Shown here: positions 1-9,252 of the stretch, piece by piece | Numbering within the stretch: position 1 is the stretch's first letter | How the letters are laid out: every line of letters begins with the position of its first letter | NCBI GenBank assembly: GCA_017442785.1 | Contig: JAFRZB010000038.1 | Span: 79,416 to 143,415, forward strand | DNA from: Bacillota bacterium | GTDB taxonomy: Bacteria; Bacillota; Clostridia; Peptostreptococcales; Anaerovoracaceae | Length of the DNA: 64,000 bases | Direction: 5' to 3' | Made by a program: the position numbers and the translations under genes | Notes under the pieces: generated by a model | Seen by the model: only the letters and a program-made list of their open reading frames with translations | Database searches by the model: none | What the model was told of the DNA's origin: nothing

Positions 1-987
1 CTGCTTGACCCCGAGATGGGAGTTATCAAGAGCACGGATGAGATCGGTGCCATAGGCCACAGAGTACTGCACGGCGGTCAGAAGTTCGCCTGCAGCATAC
101 TTGTAGACGACGAGGTAATGCAGGCCATAGAGGACTGCATCCCGCTCGGACCTCTCCACAATCCCGCAAACCTCATGGGTATCAGGGCCTGCATGGAGGT
201 AATGCCCGGAAAGAAGAACGTTGCAGTATTCGATACGGCGTTCCACCAGACCATGGCACCGAGCAGCTACATGTACGGACTTCCCTATGAATATTATACG
301 AAGTACGGCATCAGAAAGTACGGTTTCCACGGTACCAGCCACAGATTCGTCAGCAAAAGAGCCGCTGAGTTCCTCGGAAGAGACCCCGAAGGCCTCAAGC
401 TCATCTCCTGCCACATCGGCAGCGGCGCTTCCGTATGCGCCATCAAGGACGGCAAGTGCGTAGACACCTCCATGGGTCTTACACCGCTCGAAGGCCTCAT
501 GATGGGCACACGCTGCGGAGACCTCGATCCTGCAGCTATCACCTTCATCCAGAAGAGGGAAGGTCTCGATGCTGATGAGCTTGATACTCTCATGAACAAA
601 AAGTCTGGACTTCTCGGTATCGGCGGATATTCCGACGCCCGCGACATACACAGCGCTGCAGAAGCCGGAGACGAGAAAGCCAAGCTTGCATTCGAGATGT
701 TCGTACACCGTGTGAAGCACTACATCGGAGCTTACATGGCAGAGCTCAACGGAGCTGACGCTCTCATCTTTACCGCAGGCCTGGGCGAGAACGACGATCT
801 CTTCAGAGAGATGACCTGCAAGGATATGGATTACCTTGGGATCGTCCTCGACGAAGAAAAGAACAAGGGCTGCAGGAAGGAAGCTGACGTTACAGGCAAG
901 GGCGGTAAGGTAAAGATACTCATCCTGCCGACAAACGAGGAGCTCATGATCGCACGCGACACCTACGAGATAGTCACCGGAAAGTAA
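1..987 (+). CDS. ackA: Acetate kinase, N-terminus truncated by window edge
   Basis: Frame 1 is open from base 1. The translation contains GFHGTSHRFV and the C-terminal ILPTNEELMIARDT, typical of acetate/propionate kinases. Stop at 985-987. Confidence 0.93.
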   Translation: MLDPEMGVIKSTDEIGAIGHRVLHGGQKFACSILVDDEVMQAIEDCIPLGPLHNPANLMGIRACMEVMPGKKNVAVFDTAFHQTMAPSSYMYGLPYEYYTKYGIRKYGFHGTSHRFVSKRAAEFLGRDPEGLKLISCHIGSGASVCAIKDGKCVDTSMGLTPLEGLMMGTRCGDLDPAAITFIQKREGLDADELDTLMNKKSGLLGIGGYSDARDIHSAAEAGDEKAKLAFEMFVHRVKHYIGAYMAELNGADALIFTAGLGENDDLFREMTCKDMDYLGIVLDEEKNKGCRKEADVTGKGGKVKILILPTNEELMIARDTYEIVTGK

Positions 988-1012
988 TTTTTACGAAGGC
1001 GTAAAATTCTTC

Positions 1013-1041
1013 TTGACAAAGCAAGGCTTCGTCATTAAACT
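1013..1041 (+). promoter_or_regulatory. Putative sigma-A promoter for rpmF
   Basis: TTGACA (1013-1018), 17-nt spacer, TAAACT (1036-1041), about 37 nt upstream of the rpmF ATG. Confidence 0.45.
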
Positions 1042-1077
1042 ATAGAAGTTGATTTTTCAGAAGAGGAGGAATGTCAG

Positions 1078-1254
1078 ATGGCAACACCTAAGAGAAAAAC
1101 GTCTAAAGCTATAACAAGCCAGAGGACCAAGGCCAACATGAAGAAGACCGGTCCTGCGCTCTCCATCTGCCCGCAGTGCCACGAGCCCAAGCTCCCGCAC
1201 AGAGTATGCCCGAACTGCAACTACTATGACGGCAAGGCAGTCGTAGAAGAATAA
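1078..1254 (+). CDS. rpmF: 50S ribosomal protein bL32
   Basis: 58-codon ORF below the cut-off of the ORF track: MATPKRKTSKAITSQRTKANMKKTGPALSICPQCHEPKLPHRVCPNCNYYDGKAVVEE. It has the PKRKTSK N-terminus and a CxxC...CxxC zinc ribbon. GAGGAGG lies 8 nt upstream of the ATG. Confidence 0.9.
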   Translation: MATPKRKTSKAITSQRTKANMKKTGPALSICPQCHEPKLPHRVCPNCNYYDGKAVVEE

Positions 1255-1289
1255 TAAAAGATCATCTACTTTAGCTAAAGACAAAAAAC

Positions 1290-1326
1290 GGAGCTTCCGG
1301 ACGCGGAAGCTCCATTCTTTTATTTT
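1290..1326. terminator. Rho-independent terminator, probably bidirectional (rpmF / tRNA-Leu)
   Basis: GGAGCTTCCG (1290-1299) pairs with CGGAAGCTCC (1304-1313). An A-run precedes it and ATTCTTTTATTTTT follows. It sits between convergent rpmF and tRNA-Leu. Confidence 0.65.
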
Positions 1327-1413
1327 TGGTGCCGGCGGCGGGGGTCGAACCCGCACGGTATCGCTACCACGGGATTTTGAGTCCCGCGCGTCTGCCAGTT
1401 CCACCACGCCGGC
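1327..1413 (-). tRNA. tRNA-Leu (anticodon CAA), type II with long variable arm, encoded CCA
   Basis: The reverse complement reads GCCGGCG-TG-GTGGAACTGGCAGAC-GCGGGACTCAAAATCCCGT-GGTAGCGATACCGT-GCGGGTTCGACCCCCGC-CGCCGGC-ACCA. The acceptor stem is 7 bp, the T-arm is GCGGG/TTCGACC/CCCGC, and the anticodon loop CTCAAAA gives CAA. Confidence 0.93.
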
Positions 1414-1540
1414 AAATACATGGATATATTAACATCAGCCCGGTGCAAAATCAATATTCAGCTTTCCGGGCATTAAAAATATATTGCTTTTAAGCGTTTT
1501 TTGTATATAATAAAGAATATAGATTTTTTGGAGGTATAAA

Positions 1541-2035
1541 ATGGCTATAGCATATGCAACTACCGGAGCCGGCACCACAGGCGGAAGCTGGATGACATGG
1601 GTAATGATACTCGTCATCTTCGCCGCTCTCTACTTCTTCACCATCCGTCCGCAGAGCAAGAGGGACAAGGAACTCAGGAACCTGAGGAACAGCCTCAAGC
1701 CCGGTGACGAGATCGTCACCATCGGCGGCATCTACGGCAAGATCGTAAGAGTCACCGACGACAGAGTCGTCATCATGGTCGGTTCTGACAAGACAAAGCT
1801 TGAACTCGCCAAGAGCGCCATATCCGGACTCGCTGATCCTTCATCCGCATCTTCCGCTTCTTCTTCCAAGGCTGCATCCGCCGCTCCCGAAAAGGAGAGC
1901 AAGCCCAGCCCGAAGAACATCAAGAAGCTCGGAACTGCCAAGCAGGCTGCGGAAGAAAAGGCAGAGGAAGCTGCTCCTGCAGCTGCCGAAGCTGCTGAAG
2001 AGGTCGTCGCTGAGGCTGCGGAAAAGACCGAATAG
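1541..2035 (+). CDS. yajC: Preprotein translocase subunit YajC with long Ala/Ser/Glu-rich C-terminal tail
   Basis: One TM helix followed by FFTIRPQSKRDKELRNLRNSLKPGDEIVTIGGIYGKIV, the YajC signature. GGAGG lies 7 nt upstream. Confidence 0.85.
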   Translation: MAIAYATTGAGTTGGSWMTWVMILVIFAALYFFTIRPQSKRDKELRNLRNSLKPGDEIVTIGGIYGKIVRVTDDRVVIMVGSDKTKLELAKSAISGLADPSSASSASSSKAASAAPEKESKPSPKNIKKLGTAKQAAEEKAEEAAPAAAEAAEEVVAEAAEKTE

Positions 2036-2051
2036 GATGATCCTATCGCAG

Positions 2052-2088
2052 GGCATGTGCGTTCTTCAGCGCGCATGCCTTGTTTTTT
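2052..2088 (+). terminator. Rho-independent terminator after yajC
   Basis: GGCATGTGCG (2052-2061) pairs with CGCGCATGCC (2070-2079) with one G-U pair and an 8-nt loop, followed by TTGTTTTTT. Confidence 0.7.
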
Positions 2089-2116
2089 ATAATATCAAGC
2101 CAAACAGACAGACATC

Positions 2117-4291
2117 ATGACAGACTATGTAAAAGAACTGCTGGAGATCAATCCCTCTTACGATCCGGATATCCTTGAGAGGGCATTGGCAAAGGCAACA
2201 GAATTGCATGAGGGACAGCTCAGGAAGTCCGGCGAGCCTTACATAATACATCCCAAGGCAGTCGGAAAGATCCTTGCCGAGCTGGGCATGGACGACCACA
2301 CCATTGCGGCCGGCCTGCTTCATGATGCAGTTGAAGATACTCCTTACACGCTTGAGAACGTAAAGAAGGATTTCGGTGATGACGTCGCTCTTATGGTAGA
2401 CGGCGTCACCAAGCTCACAAACCTTGTATATACGACAAAGGAAGAGGCACAGGCGGAGAACGTCCGCAAGATGTTCCTTGCCATGTCCAAGGACATACGC
2501 ATCCTTATCATAAAGGTCTGCGACAGGCTGCACAACATGCGCACCATAGAGTATCAGACACCTGAAAAGATAAGGGAAAAGAGCAGGGAGACACTTGAGA
2601 TCTACGCCCCCATAGCCGCAAGGCTGGGAATGTACAGGTTCAAGTTCGAGCTTGAGGACATAGCCTTCAAGCACCTTTACCCCGAGGCCTACGACCATAT
2701 CTACAAGGAGATGGAAAAGAGACGCAACAACATGAACGTCACCATCGACACTCTTGTGGAGAGGATAAAGGAGCTTGTGGATTCTCTGGGGATCAAGTCC
2801 GAGATATACGGCCGCGAAAAGCACTACTACAGCATCTACAAGAAGATGATCATCCAGAAGAAGGAGATAGGCGAGATCTTCGACCTCACCGCCGTCCGCG
2901 TGATCGTCGATTCCGTAAGGGACTGCTACGCCGTGCTCGGAGCCATACATACCAAGTGGACTCCTATATCCGGCAGGTTCAAGGACTACATAGCCATGCC
3001 TAAGTCCAACATGTACCAGTCCCTGCATACGACGCTGCTCTCAAAGACCGGAAACCCGTTCGAGGTGCAGATCAGGACCTGGGAGATGCACCGCGTGGCT
3101 GAGTACGGTATCGCGGCTCACTGGAAATACAAGGAAGGCATAAAGGACGATGCAAACAACGAGGAAGTAAAGCTCGCCTGGATACGCCAGACCCTTGAGT
3201 GGCAGAACGAGGTGAAGGACTCAAAGGAGTTCATGGAGACTCTGAAGGTGGACCTGTTCTCCAATCAGGTATTCGTGTTCACACCTAAGGGAGACGTAAT
3301 AGAGCTTCCTGCAGGATCCACGCCTTTGGACTTCGCGTATAAGATACACTCCCGCGTAGGCGAAAAGTGCGTTGGCGCCAAGGTCAACGGCAAGATGGTG
3401 CCCATAACCTACGAGCTTAAGAACGGCGAAGTCGTGGAGGTCGTAACGTCTTCCAACTCAAGAGGCCCCAGCATAGACTGGCTGAAGATAGTAAAGACCA
3501 ACTCCGCAAGGGCCAAGATACGCCAGTATCTTAAGAAGGAGAACAAGGTCCAGGGTACCGGCAAGGGAAAAGAAGCTCTCGAAAAAGCAGCAAAGAGAAG
3601 GGATCTGGACCCCGAGAAGGTCCTTAAGGCCAGCTTCGTTGAAAGAGCGGCAAAGACTCAGAACTTCAGCAATGTGGACGATCTCTACTCGGCTCTGAGC
3701 ATGGGAGGCTCAATAATAAACAAGACTCTTCTCATGTGCCTGAGCTACATGAGGGAGGAAGAGCAGGCTCTCATTAAGAAGCAGGAAAGAGAAGAAAGGC
3801 GTCTTGAGACCTCCGCCAAAAAGCGCGCCAACAAGAACACCAAAGGCGTTACCGTAAAGGGCGTTGACAACCTTCTTGTAAGGTTCTCCAGATGCTGCAA
3901 TCCTGTTCCCGGAGACGAGATCATAGGATACACTACCAAGGGCAGAGGCGTAAGCATACACAGAAAAGACTGCATAAACATACTCAATCTTCCCGAGGAA
4001 GAGCAGGGCAGGCTGATAGAGGTCAACTGGGAACTCGGCGACGGAGAGATGTTCTTCGAGGCTGGCATCACCATCCTTGCAGACGACAGAAAGGGACTGT
4101 TCTCTGACGTTTCCAAGGTCTGCGACGATATGGACATAAACCTCACCGGAGTGAACGCCCAGGCCGACTCCAGCGGAATGTCCACACTTAACCTTCTGCT
4201 TCAGATAACGAACACCTCCGACATAGACAAGATAATCGGAAGGTTCAGACAGATAAAGGACGTCATAGACGTCTACAGGACGAATTACTGA
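2117..4291 (+). CDS. rel: Bifunctional (p)ppGpp synthetase/hydrolase (RelA/SpoT homolog)
   Basis: 724 aa with an HD hydrolase domain (HPKAV..LHDAVEDT), a synthetase domain (YHSLHT-like, QIRT..MH..AE.G.AAHW.YK), a TGS domain and a C-terminal ACT domain. Confidence 0.95.
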   Translation: MTDYVKELLEINPSYDPDILERALAKATELHEGQLRKSGEPYIIHPKAVGKILAELGMDDHTIAAGLLHDAVEDTPYTLENVKKDFGDDVALMVDGVTKLTNLVYTTKEEAQAENVRKMFLAMSKDIRILIIKVCDRLHNMRTIEYQTPEKIREKSRETLEIYAPIAARLGMYRFKFELEDIAFKHLYPEAYDHIYKEMEKRRNNMNVTIDTLVERIKELVDSLGIKSEIYGREKHYYSIYKKMIIQKKEIGEIFDLTAVRVIVDSVRDCYAVLGAIHTKWTPISGRFKDYIAMPKSNMYQSLHTTLLSKTGNPFEVQIRTWEMHRVAEYGIAAHWKYKEGIKDDANNEEVKLAWIRQTLEWQNEVKDSKEFMETLKVDLFSNQVFVFTPKGDVIELPAGSTPLDFAYKIHSRVGEKCVGAKVNGKMVPITYELKNGEVVEVVTSSNSRGPSIDWLKIVKTNSARAKIRQYLKKENKVQGTGKGKEALEKAAKRRDLDPEKVLKASFVERAAKTQNFSNVDDLYSALSMGGSIINKTLLMCLSYMREEEQALIKKQEREERRLETSAKKRANKNTKGVTVKGVDNLLVRFSRCCNPVPGDEIIGYTTKGRGVSIHRKDCINILNLPEEEQGRLIEVNWELGDGEMFFEAGITILADDRKGLFSDVSKVCDDMDINLTGVNAQADSSGMSTLNLLLQITNTSDIDKIIGRFRQIKDVIDVYRTNY

Positions 4292-4292
4292 G

Positions 4293-4913
4293 ATGAACAT
4301 ACAGAGATTCATAGCAAACAACGGCTTCGGAACGAACATGTACCTCGTATGGGACGAGGATTCCAAAAAGGCCTTCATAGTGGATCCGGGCGCAGAAAGC
4401 GTGCAGATGGAGAATGCCGTAAGCGAGAACAAGCTGCAGCCGGAGTACATTATACTTACCCACGCGCACGGAGACCATACCGGGGGAATAGATTCTCTTA
4501 AGGAGAAATATCCCGGAATTAAGCTCGTAGCAAACAGAGCGGAGAGAAAGATGCTTGCCGAAAGGTCCAGGATCAGCGGCGGCGCGGGGCACACGGCGGA
4601 CATAGAGGTCACAGACGGCGATACTCTTGACGTCGGTCCCATGCATCTTTGCTTCATAGACTGCCCGGGCCATACGCCCGGAGGCATGAGCATACTCCTC
4701 GGGAAAGTACTCTTTTCCGGCGATACGCTGTTCATGTCCTCCGTAGGCAGGACGGATCTTCCGGGCGGGGACTGGGATACGCTGATGCATACCATAAGGG
4801 AGAAGCTCTTCGTTCTTCCCGACGACACCGTGGTCCTTCCGGGGCACATGCAGGAGACTACCATAGGATTTGAAAAAAGGTGCAATCCCTTTGTTAGAGA
4901 TATCGATAAGTGA
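4293..4913 (+). CDS. MBL-fold metallo-hydrolase (glyoxalase II-like)
   Basis: THAHGDHTGG motif plus downstream GHTPG and D..F..S.GR.D motifs. Starts 2 nt after the rel stop. Confidence 0.85.
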   Translation: MNIQRFIANNGFGTNMYLVWDEDSKKAFIVDPGAESVQMENAVSENKLQPEYIILTHAHGDHTGGIDSLKEKYPGIKLVANRAERKMLAERSRISGGAGHTADIEVTDGDTLDVGPMHLCFIDCPGHTPGGMSILLGKVLFSGDTLFMSSVGRTDLPGGDWDTLMHTIREKLFVLPDDTVVLPGHMQETTIGFEKRCNPFVRDIDK

Positions 4914-6234
4914 CGAAAGCAACCGATACGAGCTTACCGAGCTGGCGAAGATGTTCGTCCCCGTGGAGGAGTTGGACCTGTTCGCACAGAGCCCGGAGGC
5001 TTTTTGCGTACCTGACGCAGCCTCGGCAGACAGGAACGCCCAGAAAAGGGCGCTGTACCGCTTTCTCTCCGAAAAGACCGGGCGGGAACTTGACTGGGGC
5101 ATACTTACAGGCGTAAGGCCTCTAAAGCTCTTTTACGCAGCTGTAAGGCGCACCGGAAGTCCCGATGCCGCAGAAAAGCTGATGGCTTCGGAGTATCTCC
5201 TGAGCCGCTGCAAGGCGGAGCTTCTGAGAAATACCTGGGATACTCAGCAGACTCTCAAGGTGTCTGCAGACAGCAGAGCAACAGGTCTTTACATTGGGAT
5301 CCCTTTCTGCCCCACGAGATGCCTGTACTGCTCCTTTACATCCAATAAATACAGCGCCGATAAGGCAGACGCGTACCTTAAGGCACTGCGTAAGGAGATA
5401 GACGCTGTCGCGGGGATGATGGAGGACAGAGGGCTCTTTGCGGAGTCCGTATACATAGGCGGAGGCACTCCGACGTCGCTTTCTGAAGCACAGTTCGAGG
5501 AACTCGTATGCACCGTCTCCGATGCCTTCAGAAGGCCCGAAACAGCCGAATTCACGGCAGAATGCGGCAGACCCGATACGATCACCGCCGTAAAGCTTAA
5601 AACCCTTAAAAACGCCGGAGCAGGCCGCATAAGCATAAACCCTCAGTCCATGCAGCAGAAGACTCTGGACAGGATAGGAAGGCAGCATACACCGGAAGAG
5701 ATCATCGAGGCCTTCGGTCTTGCAAGGAGAAGCGGCATAGAGCAGATAAACATGGACCTTATAGCAGGGCTTCCCGGCGAAGACAGAGAAGACTTCAGGG
5801 ACACGCTCGATAAGATATGCGCGCTCGGTCCGGAGAACGTTACCGTCCATACCCTGGCGGTAAAGAAGGGCTCAAGGCTGATAGAGCAGGATAAAGACTA
5901 CTCCTACAGGCAGGGAGACGCGGTAAAGGAAATGGTTGAGGATGCCGCCGCGATACTCGGAGGCAGGGGATACGCTCCGTACTACCTCTACAGGCAGAAG
6001 CATATGACAGGAAACCTGGAGAACGTAGGATACTGCCTTCCCGGGACCGCAAGCGTCTACAACGTAAGGATAATGCAGGAGGACCAGACCATACTGGCTC
6101 TGGGAGCAGGAGGCGTATCAAAGCTCTATTACCCGGCGGAAGACAGGATAGAAAGAGTCGCCAACGTCTCCAATTACGAGATATACATCGACAGGATAGA
6201 TGAAATGATAAGAAGAAAGGAAGCAGCGTTATGA
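4870..6234 (+). CDS. hemZ: HemN/HemZ-like oxygen-independent coproporphyrinogen oxidase family radical SAM protein
   Basis: GIPFCPTRCLYCSF is a CxxxCxxC radical SAM motif preceded by a roughly 130-aa N-terminal domain. The coordinates give the ORF limits. A more likely start is TTG 4891, which has AAGGTG 8 nt upstream and reduces the overlap with the MBL gene. Confidence 0.8.
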   Translation: MKKGAIPLLEISISDESNRYELTELAKMFVPVEELDLFAQSPEAFCVPDAASADRNAQKRALYRFLSEKTGRELDWGILTGVRPLKLFYAAVRRTGSPDAAEKLMASEYLLSRCKAELLRNTWDTQQTLKVSADSRATGLYIGIPFCPTRCLYCSFTSNKYSADKADAYLKALRKEIDAVAGMMEDRGLFAESVYIGGGTPTSLSEAQFEELVCTVSDAFRRPETAEFTAECGRPDTITAVKLKTLKNAGAGRISINPQSMQQKTLDRIGRQHTPEEIIEAFGLARRSGIEQINMDLIAGLPGEDREDFRDTLDKICALGPENVTVHTLAVKKGSRLIEQDKDYSYRQGDAVKEMVEDAAAILGGRGYAPYYLYRQKHMTGNLENVGYCLPGTASVYNVRIMQEDQTILALGAGGVSKLYYPAEDRIERVANVSNYEIYIDRIDEMIRRKEAAL

Positions 6235-7478
6235 TAAGCATTCCTAAAGGCATGAAAGACGTACTGCCTGCGGATTCCGCAAAGTGGCAGTTCGTTGAGG
6301 AGCTGTTCAGAAAGACGGCAGAAAAATACGGCTTTACCGAGATAAGGACTCCCATGGTGGAGCACACTGAACTTTTTGCGCGCGGTATAGGAGATACGAC
6401 GGACGTAGTCCAGAAGGAGATGTACACCTTCGAGATCTCCGAAAGGAGCCTTACCTTAAAGCCGGAAGGCACAGCCGGCGTAGTCAGGTCCTTCATAGAG
6501 AACAAACTCTACGCGGAAGGTCTGCCCGCAAAGTACTACTACATCACTCCGTGCTACAGATACGAAAAGATGCAGAAAGGCCGCCAGAGAGAGTTCCATC
6601 AGTTCGGGATAGAGCTCTTCGGATCCTCCAACATGCTGGCAGACGCTGAAGTCATACTACTTGCCTATGACTTCCTTAAGTCCGTCGGTCTTGATGACGT
6701 AAAGCTGCACATAAACAGCATAGGCTGCAAAAACTGCAGGGCAGAGTACAGAAAGGCCCTCCAGGATTTCCTGCGTCCCGATCTGGACAAGCTCTGCGAC
6801 ACCTGCAAAGGACGCTTCGACAAGAACCCCATGCGCATACTGGACTGCAAGAGTCCCGAATGCAAAAGGATAGCTGAGGGTGCACCGAGGATGCTGGATT
6901 ATCTCGACGACGAGTGCAGAAAAGCCTTTGAGGATCTTAAGAAGCTCCTCGACATATACGGGGTGCCTTACGAGGTGGATCCCGGCATCGTAAGAGGTCT
7001 TGACTACTACACCAAGACTGCCTTCGAGTTCGTTTCCGACAAGCTCGGCGCACAGTCTACGGTATGCGGCGGAGGCAGATACGACGATCTTATCGAAGAG
7101 CTCGGCGGACCCGCCACGCCCGGAGTCGGCTTCGGACTGGGGATCGAAAGACTGCTTCTGATAATGGAAGCCTGCGGAGCACTTCCGCAAAAAGCTCCCG
7201 GGTGCGACATTCTTGTGGCAGGGCTCGGAGAAGCCGCTAAAACAAAGGCTCTTGAGCTTACAAAACAGATGCGTGACGCAGGCAAAAGAGTTATAATAGA
7301 TGTTATGGACAGAGGCCTTAAGGCCCAGTTCAAATATGCGGACAGGATTGGCGCCCGTTACGTTGCCGTTATCGGCGACGATGAGCTTGCAAAAGGCGTC
7401 GTATCCCTGAGAGACATGGAAAAGTCTTCTCAGACAGAAGTTCCGGCAGATAAAGTCATAGAGGTGTTGAATGGATGA
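6231..7478 (+). CDS. hisS: Histidine--tRNA ligase
   Basis: 415 aa with class II aaRS motifs (GIGDTTDVVQKEMYTF, YYYITPCYRYEKMQKGRQREFHQFG, GGGRYD). ATGA overlap with the upstream stop. Confidence 0.95.
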   Translation: MISIPKGMKDVLPADSAKWQFVEELFRKTAEKYGFTEIRTPMVEHTELFARGIGDTTDVVQKEMYTFEISERSLTLKPEGTAGVVRSFIENKLYAEGLPAKYYYITPCYRYEKMQKGRQREFHQFGIELFGSSNMLADAEVILLAYDFLKSVGLDDVKLHINSIGCKNCRAEYRKALQDFLRPDLDKLCDTCKGRFDKNPMRILDCKSPECKRIAEGAPRMLDYLDDECRKAFEDLKKLLDIYGVPYEVDPGIVRGLDYYTKTAFEFVSDKLGAQSTVCGGGRYDDLIEELGGPATPGVGFGLGIERLLLIMEACGALPQKAPGCDILVAGLGEAAKTKALELTKQMRDAGKRVIIDVMDRGLKAQFKYADRIGARYVAVIGDDELAKGVVSLRDMEKSSQTEVPADKVIEVLNG

Positions 7479-9252
7479 GCTTATGAAGAGGACGCATTAC
7501 TGCGGTACCTTAAGGAAAGAAGACATTGGGAAAAAAGCGGTCGTTAACGGCTGGGTGGCAAAGAACAGGCGCCTGGGCGCTCTTGTATTTGCGGATATCA
7601 GAGACAGAAGCGGCATAGTGCAGGTGGTGTTCGACGAGAACACACCGGATGAAGTGCGCGAAAAAGCCGAGACCTTAAGAGGTGAGTACTGTGTAGGAGT
7701 ATCCGGCACAGTAAGGGAAAGGGAATCCAAGAACGAAGATCTTCCCACAGGCCACATTGAGATAGTCGCCGACGCTCTTGTGATATACTCGGAATCCGAG
7801 ACTCCGCCTATTTACATAAAGGACGACGACAACGTATCCGGAGACCTTCGTCTCAAATACAGATATCTGGACCTCAGAAAGCCCGGAATGCAGAACATCC
7901 TGTCCTTCAGGAGCAAGATGTACAACGTCATCCGCAACTTCTACTACAAAAACGGCTTTACGGAAGTTGAGACTCCTGTCCTGGCCAAGCCGACACCGGA
8001 AGGAGCAAGGGACTACCTTGTACCCAGCCGCGTAAACCCCGGCAAGTTCTACGCTCTTCCGCAGTCTCCGCAGCAGTTCAAGCAGCTGCTTATGATAGGC
8101 GGTACTGACAGGTACGTACAGATAGCCAAGTGCTACAGGGACGAGGATCTCAGGGCAGACAGACAGCCCGAGTTCACCCAGATAGATCTTGAGATGTCCT
8201 TCGTGGACCAGAACGACATAATAGCCGTCCAGGAGGCCTTCCTTAAGGAGCTCTTCAAGGAGATGAAGGGCATAGAAATCCAGACTCCGCTCCCCAGGAT
8301 AACATGGGACGAGGCCATGAACCGCTACGGTTCGGATAAGCCGGACCTGCGCTTCGGATTCGAGCTGAAGGACATCGCAGACGCAGTTAAGGACTGCTCG
8401 TTTGAGGTATTCACAAATGCCATAAAGGACGGCGGAAGGGTGATGGGCGTCTGCTTCACCGGCTGCAGCGAGAAGTTCTCAAGAAAAGACATAGACAAGA
8501 TGACGGAGAAGGTCAAGACCTTCGGCGCAAAGGGTCTTGTATGGATAAGAAAAGAAGATAACGAAATAAAGTCTTCTGTAAACAAGTTCTTCTCTCAGGA
8601 AGAACTGGCATCCATCTGCGACAGATTCGAGGCAAAGGCCGGAGATCTTATCCTTATCTGCAGCGGTAAGAACACTGTAGTCTGGGCTGCTCTGGGCTTC
8701 CTCAGAAGGGATATCGCAGGAAAGCTCGGCCTTCTGGACCCCAACGTATACAAGCTCTGCTGGGTAGTGGATTTCCCGATGTTCGAGTGGTCCGAGGAGG
8801 AACAGCGCTACACGGCGATGCACCATCCGTTCACTTCCCCCAAGAAGGAGCACATGAAGTACCTTGAGACGGGAGAGCTGGAAAAGATATACGCCGACGC
8901 CTACGACATAGTCATCAACGGCTACGAAGCAGGCGGCGGATCCATAAGGATACACGACAGCAAGCTGCAGAAGAAGATATTCGAGGTATTAAAGCTCTCG
9001 GACGAGGACATAAGGAACAGGTTCGGCTTCTTCATAGACGCGTTCAAATACGGCGCGCCCCCGCACGGCGGACTTGCTTTCGGCCTTGACAGGCTCTGCA
9101 TGCTGCTTCTGGGCACCGACGACATAAGACAGGTAATAGCCTTCCCGAAGAACCAGAACGCTCAGTGCGTAATGTCCGAGGCTCCGACGACAGTTACCGC
9201 GGACCAGCTCAGAGAGCTCTCCGTGGCCATAGACATCAAAGAGGAACAATGA
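7471..9252 (+). CDS. aspS: Aspartate--tRNA ligase
   Basis: 593 aa with an OB anticodon-binding N-terminus, FYALPQSPQQFKQLLM, QIAKCYRDEDLRADRQPEFTQID and GGGSIRIH..GAPPHGGLAFGLDR. Confidence 0.95.
   Translation: MDELMKRTHYCGTLRKEDIGKKAVVNGWVAKNRRLGALVFADIRDRSGIVQVVFDENTPDEVREKAETLRGEYCVGVSGTVRERESKNEDLPTGHIEIVADALVIYSESETPPIYIKDDDNVSGDLRLKYRYLDLRKPGMQNILSFRSKMYNVIRNFYYKNGFTEVETPVLAKPTPEGARDYLVPSRVNPGKFYALPQSPQQFKQLLMIGGTDRYVQIAKCYRDEDLRADRQPEFTQIDLEMSFVDQNDIIAVQEAFLKELFKEMKGIEIQTPLPRITWDEAMNRYGSDKPDLRFGFELKDIADAVKDCSFEVFTNAIKDGGRVMGVCFTGCSEKFSRKDIDKMTEKVKTFGAKGLVWIRKEDNEIKSSVNKFFSQEELASICDRFEAKAGDLILICSGKNTVVWAALGFLRRDIAGKLGLLDPNVYKLCWVVDFPMFEWSEEEQRYTAMHHPFTSPKKEHMKYLETGELEKIYADAYDIVINGYEAGGGSIRIHDSKLQKKIFEVLKLSDEDIRNRFGFFIDAFKYGAPPHGGLAFGLDRLCMLLLGTDDIRQVIAFPKNQNAQCVMSEAPTTVTADQLRELSVAIDIKEEQ

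Noticed and set aside
1057-1407. A 116-aa minus-strand ORF.
   Set aside because: It overlaps the tRNA-Leu gene, a terminator hairpin and the antisense of rpmF. It is spurious.
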